A stretch of DNA of 64,000 nt from Squalus acanthias (GCA_030390025.1 CM059431.1:140990001-141054000); one strand, 5' to 3'. Numbered from the stretch's first letter, positions 11,870 to 25,549 are shown. Program-made: numbers and translations. The notes: generated by a model not told the origin, from the letters alone.

Positions 11870-13750
11870 AGAAGATTTGTAGGTTCCCTTTTATGTTAAC
11901 CGCCATTCTACTCTCATATTCTCTCTTTGCCAATCTTATTTTCATCTTCACTTCCCCTCACAACTTATTGTATTTTGTCTGGTTCTCCCTTGAAGAATTC
12001 ACCTGACATGCGCCATATACCCTCTTCTTTGTTTCATCATCTTCTCTTTCTCCCTCGTCAGCCAAGGAGCCCTTGCTTTGGTTACTTTACCCTTCCATCT
12101 TCTTGGAATGTACCTAGCCTGTACTTTGAACATCCCCTCCTTAAAGATCACCCATTGCTCCGTTACAGTTTTTCCTGTCAGTCTTTGATTCCATTTTACT
12201 CTGGCTAGATCCTTTCACATCCCATTGAAGTTGGTTATATTCCAGTTCAGAAGTTCCACTCCAGAATGTTCCTTGCTCCTCTCCATTGCTAATCTAAAAC
12301 ATATGATACGATGATCACTCGTACCCAAGTTTTATCCCACAGACACTTGGTCGACCTGGACCACCTCATTCCCCAGCACCAGATCCAGCAATGCCTCCTT
12401 CCTAGTTGGGCCAAGAACATACTGGTCAAGGAAATTCTCCTGAACACAATTCAGAAATTCCTCCCCCTCCTTTCCCTTTACCCTAGCATTATCCCAATCG
12501 ATATTTGGATAATTAAATTCCCCCAATATCACCACTCTATAGCTCTTCTACCTATCTGCTCCTCTACCTCTCTCACTATTTGAAGGAGTATAGAATACCC
12601 ACAATAGCGTGATCATAGCCTTTTTGCTCCTCAACTCTAACCAAATGGATTCTGTCCTTGACCCCTCAAGAACATCCTCCGTTTCCAAACTACAATGTCT
12701 TCCTTAATCAGCACTGCCACCCCACTTCCATTTTCTCCTTCACTACCTTTTCTGAACATCTTGTATCCTTGAATATTAAGTGCCCAGTCCTCACCGTTTG
12801 TATGCCACGTTTCCGTCATTGCCACAACATCATATTGCCACACGGCTAATTGTGCTTGTAGCTCACCAAACTTATTCAGCACACTTTGTGCGTTTATGTA
12901 CATACATTCTAAACACACTTTTGACTTTTACGTATTCATTTTAAGTCTGCTCCTATCTAATATGTTGCTACTTCCGCCTCTAGTAATACTTTCTTCTCTA
13001 GTACTATGCAACATACTCATTCTTTCAAGCACATTATCCCTCTTATATACACCTATATGCTGGTGCTGGTGCACATGAAGTTTAACCCGTCCGGCTTGTA
13101 CAGGTCACACCTTCCGCAGAAACGGTCCCAATGCCTCATGAATCTAAATCCCTCCTTCCTGCAACATCTCTCCAGCCATGCATTTATCAGTTCTACCCTC
13201 CAATTCCTGTACTCACTAGCGTACGGCACCGTGATTAATCTGGAGATTACTACATTTGAGGTCCTGCTTTTTAATCTCTCTCCTAGCTCCCTAAACTCTG
13301 CCTTCAGGACCTCATCCCTCTTTCTCCCTATGTCTAAGGTACCAATATGGACAACGACATCTGGCTGTTCACCCTCCCTCCTCAGTGTGTTCTGCAGCCG
13401 CTCAATGACAGCCTTGATGCTGGCACCAGGGAGGCAACATACCATCCTGGAGTAACGTCTACGGCCGCAGAAACTCCTGTCTGCTCGCCTAACTATCGAA
13501 ACTCCTACCACTGTTGCTCTTCCGCACTTTTTTCCACCCCGTGCAGCTGAACCACCAGTGATGCATTGGATCTGACTCTGGCTGGACTCGACAGAGGAAC
13601 CATCGCCCTCACCAGTACTCAGATCAGAATAGCGGTTGGGGAGCAAGATGCACTCTGGGGACTCCTGCATTACCTGCTTGGTTCCCCTATTCTGTCTGGC
13701 GGTCAAAAAATACCCTATCTGCCTGCTTGAATTATGAGCGGGTTGCAAGG
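11870..13750 (-). mobile_element. CR1 LINE, degenerate (ORF1 esterase + APE endonuclease); its 5' part continues at 19051-19250
   Basis: VVGVSIVRR..MVCCLPGA..VVHIGT..DGL (13053..13796), CMYINAQS..AMTETW (12637..12918), VILGEFNYPNIDW..LLDLVL (12332..12535). Confidence 0.85.
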
Positions 13751-13754
13751 AGTC

Positions 13755-14050
13755 ATCAAGGCGATTTAGACAAGTTGAGTGAGTTGGAAAATACATTGCA
13801 GATGGAGTATAACGTGGATAAATTTGAAGTTATCCACTTTGGTAGGAAAAACAGAAAGGCAGAGTAATATTTAAATGGTGATAGATTGTGAAATGTTGAT
13901 TTACAGAGGGACCTGGATGTCCTTGTACACCAGTCACTGAAAGCAAACATGCAGGTGCAGCAAGCAGTTAGGAACACAAATGGTATGATGGCCTTCATTG
14001 CAAAAGGATTTGTGTAGAGGAGCAATGATGTCTTACTACAGTTATACAGG
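13755..14050 (+). mobile_element. CR1 RT 3' fragment, left half (right half at 18479-19050)
   Basis: ...GATGTCTTACTACAGTTATACAGG joins TACAGGGCCTTGGTGAGACCACAC at 18479 to restore the usual LQLYRALVRPHLEY segment. Confidence 0.8.
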
Positions 14051-14191
14051 CCGGTGTCGGGAGCGGAGAGAGCGACGGTACAGTGATTATTTAAACTCGC
14101 TTTCCCGGGCTTTTTTTGCAGAGGCCGATGTCGGGAGTGGAGAGAGCGACGGTACAGTGAGTATTTAAACTCACTTTCGCGGGCTTTTTTT
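14048..14191 (+). repeat. Two-copy 74-bp-period direct repeat at the CR1 5' end
   Basis: AGGCCG(G/A)TGTCGGGAG(C/T)GGAGAGAGCGACGGTACAGTGA..TATTTAAACTC at 14048 and 14122. Confidence 0.9.
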
Positions 14192-17100
14192 CTGAGTCTT
14201 ACCAATCTCGCAGACCAGCAGTGGCGTTCCAGAGCCACGTCATGATTCAAAAAGTGACGTGGGCAAGAGGAAGCAGCTGATTGGGTGAGTACGGCCAGAT
14301 GAGTATGTATACTACTCTATAGTTTGACAGTTAAGTTTAATAGTTTATAAAGTTTAGAAGGTCTTAATTTTGTGGTTATAGTTTCTAAGGTCTCTGTTCT
14401 GTAGCGGGGAGTGCTAGTAAACAAGGGCCCTTGATTATATCATTTAATTGTAGTGTAATTTGTGGTATGAATTTGATTTAATTTAATTCAAATTAATTAA
14501 AGGGTAAGTCATGGCAGCACAGCTCGGCCCCGTGGCATGCTCCTCCTGCATTATGTGGGAAATCAGGGACACTTCCTGTGTCCCTGACGGCCATGTGTGC
14601 AGGAAGTGTATCCAGCTGCAGCTACTGGCAGACCGCATTGCTGAGGACGTCGTGGATATCACGTTTAATGAGTTGGTCACAGCGCAGGTAATGGCTGCAC
14701 AGGCAGGAAGGGAATGGGTGACCGCCAGGCAGTGTAGTAAGCGCAGGCAGGTAATGCAGGTTTCCCCTGTGGCCATCCCCCTCTCAAACAGATATACCGC
14801 TTTGGATATTGTTGGGAGAGATGGCTTATCGGCAGCAGCAACCAACTTCTTTGCACCATGGGTGGTTGTACTGCACAGGACGGGGGGAAAAAAGCGGGAG
14901 AGCTATAGTGATAGGGACTTCTATTGTAAGGGGAATAGATAGGCATTTCTGCGACCGCAAACGAGACTCCAGGATGGTATGTTGCCTCCCTGGTGCAAGG
15001 GTCAAGGATGTCTTGGAGCGACTGCAGGGCATTCTGGAGGGGGAGGGTGAACAGCCTGTTGTCGTGGTGCATATTGGTACCCACGATATAGTTAAAAAAC
15101 GGGATGAGGTCCTAAACGCTGAATATAGGGAGTTAGGAGGTAAATTAAAAAATAGGACCTCAAAGGCAGTAATCTCAGGATTGCTACCAGTGCCACGTAC
15201 TAGTCAGAGTAGAAATAGAAGGATATTTCAAATTAATATGTGGCTAGAAGAATGGTGCAATGTGGAGGAATTCAAATTCCTGGGACATTGGAAACGGTTC
15301 TGTGGGAGGTGGGACCAATACAATGTGGACGGTTTGCACCTGGGCAGGACCGGGACCGACGTCCCAGGGGGCGTGTCTGCTGGTGCAGTTGGGGAGGGTT
15401 TAAACTAAAATGGCAGGGGGTTGGGAACCTGTGCAGGGAGACAGAGGAAAGGGAAGCAAGGTTTAGAAGCAAAAGACAGGAAGGAGCAAAGCAAAAGTGG
15501 AAGTCAGAGAAATCAAGGGTGTAAATCAAACATGGCCACAGTAAACAATAATTCTAAAAAGTTCTAAGAGTGTTAAAAAAACAAACCTGAGGGCTTTCTC
15601 TCTTAATGTGAGGAGCATTCGTAACAATGTTGATGAATTAGCTGCGCAAATAGATGTAAACGGATATGATATAATTGGGATTACAGAGACATGGCTCCAG
15701 GGTGACCAAGGCTGGGAATTCAACATCCAGGGGTATTCAATATTCAGGGAGGACAGGCAAAAAGGAAAAGGAGGTGGGGTAGCATTGCTGGTTAAAAAGG
15801 AGATTAACACAATACTACGGAAGGATATTAGCTCTGATGATGTGGAATCTGTATGGGTAGAGCTGAGAAATACCAAGGGGCAGAAAACGTTAGTGGGAGT
15901 TGTATACAGACACCCGAACAGTAATGCTGAGGTTGGGGATGGCATTAAACGGTAAATAAGGAAGCGTGCAATAAGGGCACAGCAGTTATCATGGGTGACT
16001 TTAATCTACATATAGATTGGGCTAACCAAATTAGTAACAATACTGTGGAAGAGGAATTCCTCGAGTGTATACGGGATGTTTTCCTGGACCAATATGTTGA
16101 GGAACCAACTAGAGATCAGGCCAACTTAGACTGGGTATTATGCAATGAGAAAGGATTAATTAGCAATCTTTCTGTGCGAGGCCCCTTGGGGAGGAGCGAT
16201 CATAATATGATAGAATTCTTCATTAAGATGGAGAGTGAAGTAGTAGTTGACTCAGAGACTAGGGTACTGAATTTAAATAAAGGAAAATACGATGGTATGA
16301 GGCGCGAGTTGCTAGGATGGATTGGGGAATGTTACCTAAAGGGTTGATGGTTGATAGGCAATGGCAAACATTTAAGGATTGCATGGATGAACTGCAGAAT
16401 TTGTTCATCCCTATTGGCATAAAAATAAAACAAAAATGGTAACTCAACCGTGGCTAACAAGAGAAATTAGGGATAGCATAAGATCCAAGGAGAGGACATA
16501 TAAATTGGCCAGAAAATGCAGCAAACCTGAGGTTTGGGAGCAGTTTAGGATTCAGCAAAGGAGGACAAAGGGATTAATTAAGAGGGGGAAAATAGAGTAT
16601 GAGAGTGAGCTTGCAGGGAACATAAAAACTGACTGTAAAAGCTTCTATAGATTGTGAAGAGAAAAAGATTGGTGAAGGCAAGCGTAGGTCCCTTGCAGTC
16701 AGAATCAGGGGAATTTATAATGTGAAACAAAGAAATGGCAGGCCAATTAAATACATACTTTGGTTCTGTCTTCACAACTGAGGACACAAATAAACTCCCA
16801 GAGATGTCGGGGAACATAGGGTCTAATGAGAGGGAGGAACTGAATGAAATCAGTATTTGTAGGGAAGTGGTGTTAGGGAAATTGACGGGATTGAAGGCCA
16901 ATAAATCCCCAGGCCCTGTTAATCTACATCCTAGGGTACTTAAGGAAGTGGCCCGAGAAATAATAGATGCATTGCTGGTCATCTTCCAAAATTCTATAGA
17001 CTCTGGAACAGTTCCCATGGATTTAAGGGTAGCTAATGTACCCCTCTATTTAAAAAAGGTGGTAGAGAGAAAACGGGGAATTATAGACCGGTAACCCTGA

Positions 17101-18478
17101 CATCGTTAGTGGGGCAAATGCTAGAGGCCATTATAAAAGATGTAATGGCAGAGCACTTAGATAACAGTGACAGTATCGGACAAAGTCAACATGGATTTAC
17201 AAAAGGTAAATCATACTTGACTAATCTACTGGAATTTTTTGAGGCTGTAACTGGTAGAATAGATAAGGGAGAACCAGTGGATGTGGTGTATTTGGACTTT
17301 CAGAAGGCTTTCGATAAGGTCCCGCATAAGAGATTAGTGTGCAAAAGTTAAAGCACATGGGATTGGGGGTAAGGTACTGACTTGGATAGAAAACTGTTTT
17401 GCAGACAGGATGCAAAGAGTTGGAAGTGACGGGTCTTTTTCCGAGTGGCAGGCAGTGACTAGTGGGGTGCCGCAGGGATCGGTGCTAGGAGCCCAGTTAT
17501 TCACAAAATATATTAATGATCGAGACGAGGGAACTAGATGTAATATCTCCAAGTTTGCAGACGACACAAAGCTGGGTGGGCGTGTGTGCTGTGAGGAGCA
17601 TGCAGATAAACTCCAGTATGATTTGCACAGGTTGGGTGATTGGTCAAATGCATTGCAGTTGCAGTATAATGTGGATAAATGCGAGGTTATCCACTTTGGT
17701 GGCAAAAACAGGAAAGCAGATTATTATCTGAACGGCAATAGATTGGGAAAAGTGGATGTGCAACAAGACCTGGGTGTCGTTGTGCACCAGTCGCTAAAGG
17801 TAAGCATGCAGGTGCAACAGGCGGTTAAGAAGGCAAATTATATGTTCTCCTTCATAGCGAGAGGATTCGAGTACAGGAGCAAGGATGTCTTGCTGCAGTT
17901 GTACAGGGCCTTGGTGAGACCACACCTTTAGTATTGTGTGCAGTTTTGGTCTCCTTATCTGAGGAAGGATGTTCTTGCCATGGAGGGAGTGCAGCGGAGA
18001 TTCACCAGACTGATACCTGGGATGGCAGGAATGACGTATGAAGAGAGATTGGGTCGATTAGGCTTATATTCGCTAGAGTTTAGAAGAATGAGAGGGGATC
18101 TCATTGAAACTTTTAAAATTCTAACAGGACTAGACAGACTAGATGCAGGAAGGCTGTTCCCGAACCAAGGGTCACAGTCTAAGGATAAGGGGTAAGCCAT
18201 TTAGGACTGAGATGAGGAGGAATTTCTTCGCCCAGAGAGTGGTGAACCTGTGGAATTCTCTACCACAGAAGGCAGTTGAGGCCAATTCATTAAATATATT
18301 CAAGAAGGAGTTAGATATATTTCTTAAGGCTATGGGGATCAAAGGATATGGGGAGAAAGCAGGGACAGGGTACTGAATTTGGTTGATCAGCCATGATCAT
18401 ATTGAATGGCGGAGCAGGCTCGAGGGATCGAATGGCCTACTCCTGCTCCTCTCTTCTATGTTTCTATGTTTCTATGTT
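14051..18478 (+). mobile_element. Apparently full-length CR1 LINE with disrupted ORFs
   Basis: 5' tandem 74-bp duplication. ORF1 zinc finger (CSSC..CRKC at 14511) and SGNH-like esterase (14809..15408). APE (15608..16347) and RT (YLDFQKAFDKVPH, KFADDT) fragments with stops and frameshifts. (TTCTATGT)n tail at 18454-18478. Confidence 0.92.
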
Positions 18479-19050
18479 TACAGGGCCTTGGTGAGACCAC
18501 ACTTGGAGTACTGCGTGCAATTTTGATCTCATTATCTAAGAAAGGATGTACTTACCATAGAGGGAGTGCAGCGTAGGTTCACCAGACTGATTCCTGGGAT
18601 GGCAGGCCTGTCGTATGAGAAGAGATTGGATCCATTTGGCCTGTATTCACTTCAGTTTCGAAGAATGAGAGGGGATCTCTTTGAAACGTATAAAATTCGC
18701 ACAGTGCTGGACAGACTGGATGCAGGGAAGATGTTTCCCATGGCTGGAGCGTCTCGAACGAGGGGTCACAGTCTCTGGATATGGGGCAGGACATTACGGA
18801 CTGGGATGAGGAGAAATTTCTTCACTCAGATTCTTTGGAATTCTCTACCACAGAAGGCTGTGGAGCCAAGTCACTAAATATATTAGGAAGGAGATAGATA
18901 GATTTCTACCCACAAAAGGCATCAGGGGGTATGGGAAGTGAGCGGGAGTTTGGTATTGAGATAGAGGATCAGAGAAGATCATATTGAATGGCGGAGCAGG
19001 CTCGAAGGGCCGAATGTCCTACTCCTGCTCCTATTTTTCAATGTTTCTAT
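18479..19050 (+). mobile_element. CR1 RT 3' end, right half of the element split at 14050
   Basis: QRRFTRLIPGMAGLSYE..FRRMRGDL (ORF 18566..18877) followed by a CR1 tail. Confidence 0.85.
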
Positions 19051-19250
19051 GCACACACTTAAGCTGCGGGGTGACAACCTCCAGAAATCTGCTATCCACG
19101 TAGCTCTGAGCCTCGCAGATGCACCGCAGTGACTCCAGCTGCCGCTCAAGCTCTGAAACACGGATCTGGAGCTGACGTAGCTGGTGACACTTCCTGCACA
19201 TGTGGCCGTCCAGGCTACGTGAAGCGTCCTGGACTTTCCACCTGCCATGC
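19051..19250 (-). mobile_element. CR1 ORF1 5' part (zinc finger/coiled coil) of the 11870-13750 element
   Basis: The minus strand reads HVCRKCHQLRQLQIRVSELERQLESLR, similar to HVCRKCIQLQ at 14592. Confidence 0.7.
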
Positions 19251-19329
19251 GTCTATTATAAAGACTAGGAATGGAATGGAATTAAGAAAGATGATTAACG
19301 GAATCAGGAATTTAAGATGAGGAATGATC

Positions 19330-19920
19330 AAGAGGATTTGGCTATAAGAGTAAAGACGTCATACTGCAATTATATACGGCCCTGGTGAGAACAGACCTGG
19401 AGTATTGTGTACAGTTTTTGTCTCCTCACCTAACGAAGGATATACTTGCCATAGAGGGAGTGGGGATTGTCCTATGAGGAGAGATTAAGTAGACCAAGCC
19501 TATATTCTCTAGCGTTTAGAAGAATGAGAGGTGATCTCATTGAAACATAAAAACATTCTTACAGAGCTTGACCGGGCAGATGCAGGGAGGATGTTTCCCC
19601 TGGCTGGGGAGTCTAGAACCAGTGGGGTCACAGTCTCAGAATAAGGGTCGGAAATTTAGAACTGAGATGAGGAGTAATTTCTTCTCTCAGAGGGTGGTGA
19701 ATCTTTGGAATTCTCTACCCTGGAAGGCTGTGGATGGTCAGTCGTTGAGTACATTCAAGACAGAGATCGAAAGATGTTTGGTTATTAAGGGATTCAAGGG
19801 ATATGGGGATAGTTCAGGAAAATGTAGATGAGGTAGAAGATCAGCCAAGATCTTATTGAATGGCGGAACTCGCTCGAAGGACCAAATGGCCTACTCCTGC
19901 TCCTATTTATTATGTTCTTA
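19330..19920 (+). mobile_element. CR1 3' fragment
   Basis: FRTEMRSNFFSQRVVNLWNSLP followed by a CR1 tail. Confidence 0.85.
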
Positions 19921-20059
19921 GATCGTGCCCGTTAATGCCCTAGAGGATCTGGTAGTGGCAGTGGACAAGTGGAGGGACATGCTCTGTCCCCCAGTGGGCA
20001 AGAAACCCTCCAGTCATCAATACCATCGACAGTGAGAAGAGGTGGCCGAAGTCAAGGAA

Positions 20060-20430
20060 TCAGAGAATTATAATTGTTTACAGCATAGAAGTAGGCCATT
20101 CGGCTCATCGTGCCTGTGCCGGTCGATACAAAGCTAGCAAGCGTAATCCCACTTTCCCGCTCTTAGTCCGTAGCCTTGCAGTTCATGGCACCTCAAGTGC
20201 ACATCCAAGTCCTTTTTAAATGCAATGAGGGTTTCTGCCTCTACTACCCTCTCAGGCAGTGAGTTCTAGACCCCCAGCACCATCTGGGAGAAAAAAGTAC
20301 TCAATTCCCCTCTAATCCTTCTACCAATTACTATAAATCTCTGCCCCCTGGTTATTGACCTCTCTTCTAGCGAAACAGGTGCTTCATATCCACACTATCT
20401 AAGCTCCACATAATGTTATACACCTCCCTG
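20060..20430 (-). mobile_element. CR1-type 3' tail fragment
   Basis: Homologous to tails at 36295-36700, 41690-42180 and 49100-49415. Confidence 0.75.
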
Positions 20431-21249
20431 TTATTTTTAGCAGAGCTGGAGGCTTAGCTCCCAGGATATGGCTGCGGTTCCGTAATGACCCCATTGGAGT
20501 TGTCAAGGTAAGAACGCCGCTCTCCTACTCTCTGCTCACAACTCCCCCATCGGCAGCCTCACTACTCACTACACTCATAATACTACCCTACCCACTTCGT
20601 TACAGCCCCCTACAAACGCTGCACGACACTTCACTATATATCCTTCCCCTCAAAGTCACACACCCCAAATCTAACATCTCACACGCTGCATACCAGCTTT
20701 TCTACCATGACATGCGCATTTTCAAACACCTCACAAGAATTTTACGAAAACATTCCCTTCTTTCTTGCAGAAGTTGAAGTGGACTTGAGACAGGAAGCTG
20801 TCACCAGAAGAGGCCGAGCCTGTCGGCACACACTCTCCCACCGCAGAGAATATGTACTGGCTATCACCGGCAGGGACAGAGCCATATCCGTGGCGACTGG
20901 CATCACTGGAGGAAACGTTGCAGATTTTCTCACATTTTTTCCTATTTTTCGCTTCTTACATCTATTTCACCCTGACACTGTGTACGACAAACTCCAGATG
21001 CTTTCACCAGAAACGTCTCTCTCTCTCTCTCTATCTCTCTCTGCTCCAACTTTAAAATAAAAGATAACAATTGGCTGTCTCTTTCAGTTCAAACGCTGAA
21101 GTTGTGGACATCCTTCTGCCAGTAGAGGAACAAGAGGACAGTCTTCCTGGGGATGCAACATTAGTCGAGCTAACCATCGCAAGCAGCAGCTCAGATGCTG
21201 GCACCACCTGTACTTTAGAGGCTAGTCTAGATAAGGGGTCCTCACATGG

Positions 21250-22910
21250 TGATTGTCAAGAAGAGCTAAACACGATTAAAATCACTAAGGAGATGGTAAT
21301 CGGTAAGATAATGGGACTTAAGGCGGATAAATCCCCTGGACCTGATGGCTTACATCCTAGGGTCTTGAGAGAAGTTGCGGTAGGGATTGTGGATGCATTG
21401 GTGGTAATTTTCCAAAACTCCCTGGATTCGGGAAAGGTCCCAGCAGATTGGAAAACTGCTAATGTAACACACTTATTTAAAAAGGGAGGTAGACAAAAGG
21501 CTGGAAACTATAGACCAGTTAGCCTAACATCTGTGGTTGGTAAAATGTTGGAGTCCATTATTAAGGAAGCTGTAACAGGACATTTGGATGAGCATAACTT
21601 AATCGGATAGAGTCAGCATGGTTTTATGAAGGGGAAATCATGCTTGACAAATTTGCTCGAATTCTTTGAGGACGTAACAAACAAGGTGGATAAAGGTGAA
21701 TCAGTGGATGTGGTGTATTTGGACTTCCAAAAGGCATTTCACAAGGTACCACACAAAAGATTACTGCACAAGATAAAAAATCACGGGATTGGGGGTAATA
21801 TACTGGCATGGGTGGAAGATTGGTTATCTAACAGAAAACAGAGAGTTGGGATAAATGGTTAATATTCGGGTTGGCAATCAGTAACTAGTGGTGTTCCGCA
21901 GGGGTCAGTGCTGGGACCCCAACTCTTTACAATCTATATTAACGATTTGGAGGAGGGGACCAAGTGCAATGTATCCAAGTTTGCAGACGATATAAAGATC
22001 GGAGGGAAAGTAATGAGTGAGGAGGACATAAAAAACCTGCAAAAGGACATTGACAGGCTAAGTGAGTGGGCAGAAATTTGGCAGATGGAATATAATGTTG
22101 GAAAGTGTGAGGTTATGCACTTTGGCAGAAAAAAATCAAAGAGCAAGTTATTATCTAAATGGCAAGAAACTGCAAAGTGCTACAGTACAAAGGGATCTGG
22201 GGGTCCTGGTGCATGAAACACAGAAGGTTAGTATGCAGGTACAGCAGGTGATCAGGAAGGCCAATGGAATCTTGGCTTTTATTGCAAGGGGGATGGAGTA
22301 TAAAAGCAGGGAAGTCTTGCTTCAGCTATACAGGGTACTGGTGAGGACACACCTGGAATACTGCTTACAGTTTTGGTTTCCATATTTAAGAAAATATATA
22401 CTTGCTCAAGAGGCAGTTCAGAGAAGGTTCACTCGGTTGATTCCGGAGATGAGGGGGTTGACTTATGAGGAAAGGTTGAGTAGGTTAGGCCTCTACTCAC
22501 TGGAATACAGAAGAATGAGAGGCGATCTTATCGAAACATATAAGATTGTGAGAGGGCTTGATCGGGTGGATGCGGGGAGGATGTTTCCACTGATGGGTGA
22601 GACTAGAACTAGGGGGCATAATCTTAGAATAAGGGGCTGCCGTTTCAAAACTGAGATGAGGAGAAACTTCTTCACTCAGAGGGTAGTAAATCTATGGAAT
22701 TTGCTACCTCAGAGAGCTGTGGAAGCTGCGACATTAAATAAATTTAAAACGGAGATAGACAGTTTCCTAGCTGATACGGGAATTAAGGGTTATGGGGAGC
22801 AGGCAGGGAAGTGGACGTGAGTCTAGGTTCGGATCAGCCATGATCCTATTGAATGGCGGAGCAGGCCCGAAGGGTCGTATGGCCTACTCCTGCTGCTAAT
22901 TCTTATGTAA
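21250..22910 (+). mobile_element. CR1 LINE, 5'-truncated RT region
   Basis: KSPGPDGLHPRVL, NYRPVSLTS, YLDFQKAFHKVPH, KFADD, QRVVNLWN; a few stops and a frameshift. Confidence 0.92.
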
Positions 22911-23582
22911 AAAAAAGATGGGGATGGAGGATTTGGCACATGCACCCTGGAGGGCGAGATCGCATTCTAGCTTTGCTGCAGTGGACTCAGATACTGACTT
23001 CGAGGGGCGCGCCTACCGAAGAAGACATATACAGGAAACGCTCGGAGCACTGGGCAGCCTGCCAGTGAGCTTATGCACAATGCTGCAGAGTATAGAGGTG
23101 TCCAGCCCCAACTTGTGTCACGGCTTTGCGCAGCCATGCAGCCCACTCTGTGCAATATGGGCTGAGTGATCAGCACCATCAGCACACCAGAGGCACCCAC
23201 CATGATGGAGCTTCTGCTGGCATCTTTCATGGCATCTCTCATTGCTGCTAGGAGTGCTGAGGCACAGTCTCAGGAGGATGGCCTTGGCTCCAAGGGAGAA
23301 GCACCTGCTGTCCTCTCTCAGGAGGACAGCATGTCTGCTCCACCAGCAGCCAGTCCACCAGTCCTCCTGTTAGTGCCACACAGCCACCTGGGCCCACGTC
23401 AAGATGCCACAGTCTGCAGCCGGCCATTCTAGGCACAGATCTGCTCGAGGTCACCCATCACAGCCATCTGAAATGTCCACAATGGTCATTCAGCAGCGTT
23501 CCTGTTCATAAGCTGCAGCCATTGGGGAAATACCTCATAGGAGCTGCAGGATAGGGAAACGAGCACACAATACAGACAGAAA

Positions 23583-24180
23583 GGCCGCGATTTCCCCTCC
23601 CGAGGCGGGCTACGTGCGACCGAGCTTGGTGACGGACGGCGACCCCGTTGCCTGCTCCATCCCGCAGTGTGAGAAGAATTTTCCGTTGATAGGGCTTGTT
23701 AAGTCCCGCCCTACGAAGTTCCTGGCCAATTAAACGGAAGCAGGTCTGATGACGTCAATTGGTGATGTGTCATCTGCCGGTTTCTTTTAAGGGGTCATGT
23801 CCAAATTGATTTTGGCAGTTATACTGTAAGTGTTCTTCAGCATTGAGGTGCTGCAAACACTGACAACCTCTGCACAGAGGTGCACCGCTGCACCCAGGCT
23901 CTCCGATAATTCCCTCCATATGCTTATGGTGGAAGTCACAGCACGCAGGGATGTTCTCTTCACTTCCAATTGGCGGAAGACATCTCCCCAGGAGACCAAT
24001 GCAGCCTGGTTGCACATTGCACAGGAGGACACAGACAGGGAGGTCATCAGCAGAACCAGGCTGCAGTGGCGCAAATCTTTCAATGATCACAGTAGATCAC
24101 GAAATGTTACTGCAACGCCACACTCAACCTCATCCTGCTGTGTCACTCATCACATCCCCATCACTGTAAGTTCTCCATGA
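23583..24180 (+). mobile_element. Harbinger-like remnant encoding a Myb/SANT-like DNA-binding domain
   Basis: APRLSDNSLHMLMVEVTARRDVLF..ETNAAWLHIAQE..RTRLQWRKSFND fits the Myb/SANT pattern of PIF/Harbinger ORF1 proteins. Paralogous to 3040-3610. Confidence 0.6.
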
Positions 24181-24925
24181 TACCTTTCAATAGCGCTGGT
24201 GTGGGCTCCTTCCTGCCGGTTTGCGACAGGTGTTGCTGGGCGGGTTCAGCACGTGGTGTGAGATGATGCGGCGTTCCAAAAGCGGGAGACGATCCACTGG
24301 AAGCGCAGGCCCCTCATTTAAATAACATATACTCTCTGAAATTAGCTGACGTGCACTCCCGACATCAAAGCGAGCCCGATCCGCACTTCAGGCTGGAAAT
24401 GTGCGTACACTTCCTGTCAACCATATTGGCCGCAGGAGGCCGATAAGCAGCAGAAAAACGGGCAGTGCGCGACCGAATATCTAAACCACTGGCTAAGCGC
24501 TACACTCACTGGTACATCATCCATTGAGTCATCCAGAGAAGCCCGAATAAATTCATTTTCTCTGCTGATTAATCGCTTTATTATACCGAATGACCACTGG
24601 GAGTTTGATATTTTATCCCGGTCTGTGACGTGCACTGGCAGCAAAGGCCACTCACATGAACAGCTGGATAAATTACTGGAGTAATGACAACAACTGGAAG
24701 TTTACAGATAATCCCAAGTCTGGTGTGAATTGTAAATTCATCCCACACATTTCAATGACACATTTCAGTATCAATTACAAGTGATAATGAAGTTGAATTC
24801 TGTTTGCCCAGCACTTGAACTTTTCACCCCCAGATTTTGGAAATCTCTAAACCAATGGTCAGAGTTAAAGCGTCTGATAATCAGAACCGAAATAATCTGT
24901 TCGAAATCTTCACCCCATCACCTAC

Positions 24926-24991
24926 CTTTCAGCTGACTGGGAAATTCGGATAACCATTCTGTGGCTTTCATGTCATTAAACTGAAAGAAAC
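24926..24991 (-). CDS. NLR gene, 66-bp linker exon (GFFQFNDMKATEWLSEFPSQLK)
   Basis: Acceptor ttaaacag|GT, donor AAAG|gtaggt, phase 1-1, open. It bridges the CARD-like exon to the NACHT exon in frame. Not in the ORF track. Confidence 0.78.
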
Positions 24992-25095
24992 CTGTTTAAA
25001 TAAATTAGTTTTCATGAAAGCAAATCTGTGCACTACTTTAGTAAAATATGTAATTTTAGATGTGAAGTTAAATTCAGTGAGTGATTTAACCGTAC

Positions 25096-25267
25096 CAAGT
25101 TCCTGTATTTCTTTCAGTAGTTTGTCCAACTTTGGTACCCCATGGCGCATTTTCACAAAGGATTCCCACATCACCCTTCGGGCCCCAGAGCCTTCCTCCA
25201 TCACCAGATTTAGGAGAAGTTTGGAAGTGTCCACCCGGTTTCCCTTCTCCGCGAGCTCAGTGACTTT
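25096..25267 (-). CDS. NLR gene, exon for the second half of the CARD-like domain
   Basis: ctttacag|AAA ... CTTG|gtacgg; 172 bp, phase 0-1; KVTELAEKGNRVDTSKLLLNLVMEEGSGARRVMWESFVKMRHGVPKLDKLLKEIQEL. Confidence 0.85.
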
Positions 25268-25549
25268 CTGTAAAGAATATTAATGAATATATTGATGAGC
25301 GGATTGAAGGGACTGCAGTGAATATGAACTGGAGCAGATTGTCCTCTGATTGCGCTTGGACGAGAGGACAGCCTGGTTGGAGCATGAAGAGGAAAACTAG
25401 TTGACATTGGTTTCCCGCTGTTAACAGAGCCTGCCTGCTTTCGGTCCCGTACACTGTCACAATATTCCCCATTCCACACCTGTCTCTGGCACAATTCTGC
25501 GCTGTTTTATTTTAAAAATATATAACTAAATTCGGAACAAAGTGTAGAA

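Larger units (their letters stand above)
19921..23580 (+). mobile_element. Possible fragmented Harbinger-like Myb/SANT element interrupted by CR1 insertions
   Basis: 19936-20053 reads ALEDLVVAVDKWRDMLCPPVGKKPSSHQYHRQ*EEVAEV, which is Myb/SANT-like. Linking it to the pieces at 21070-21250 and 22915-23580 is inference. Confidence 0.35.
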
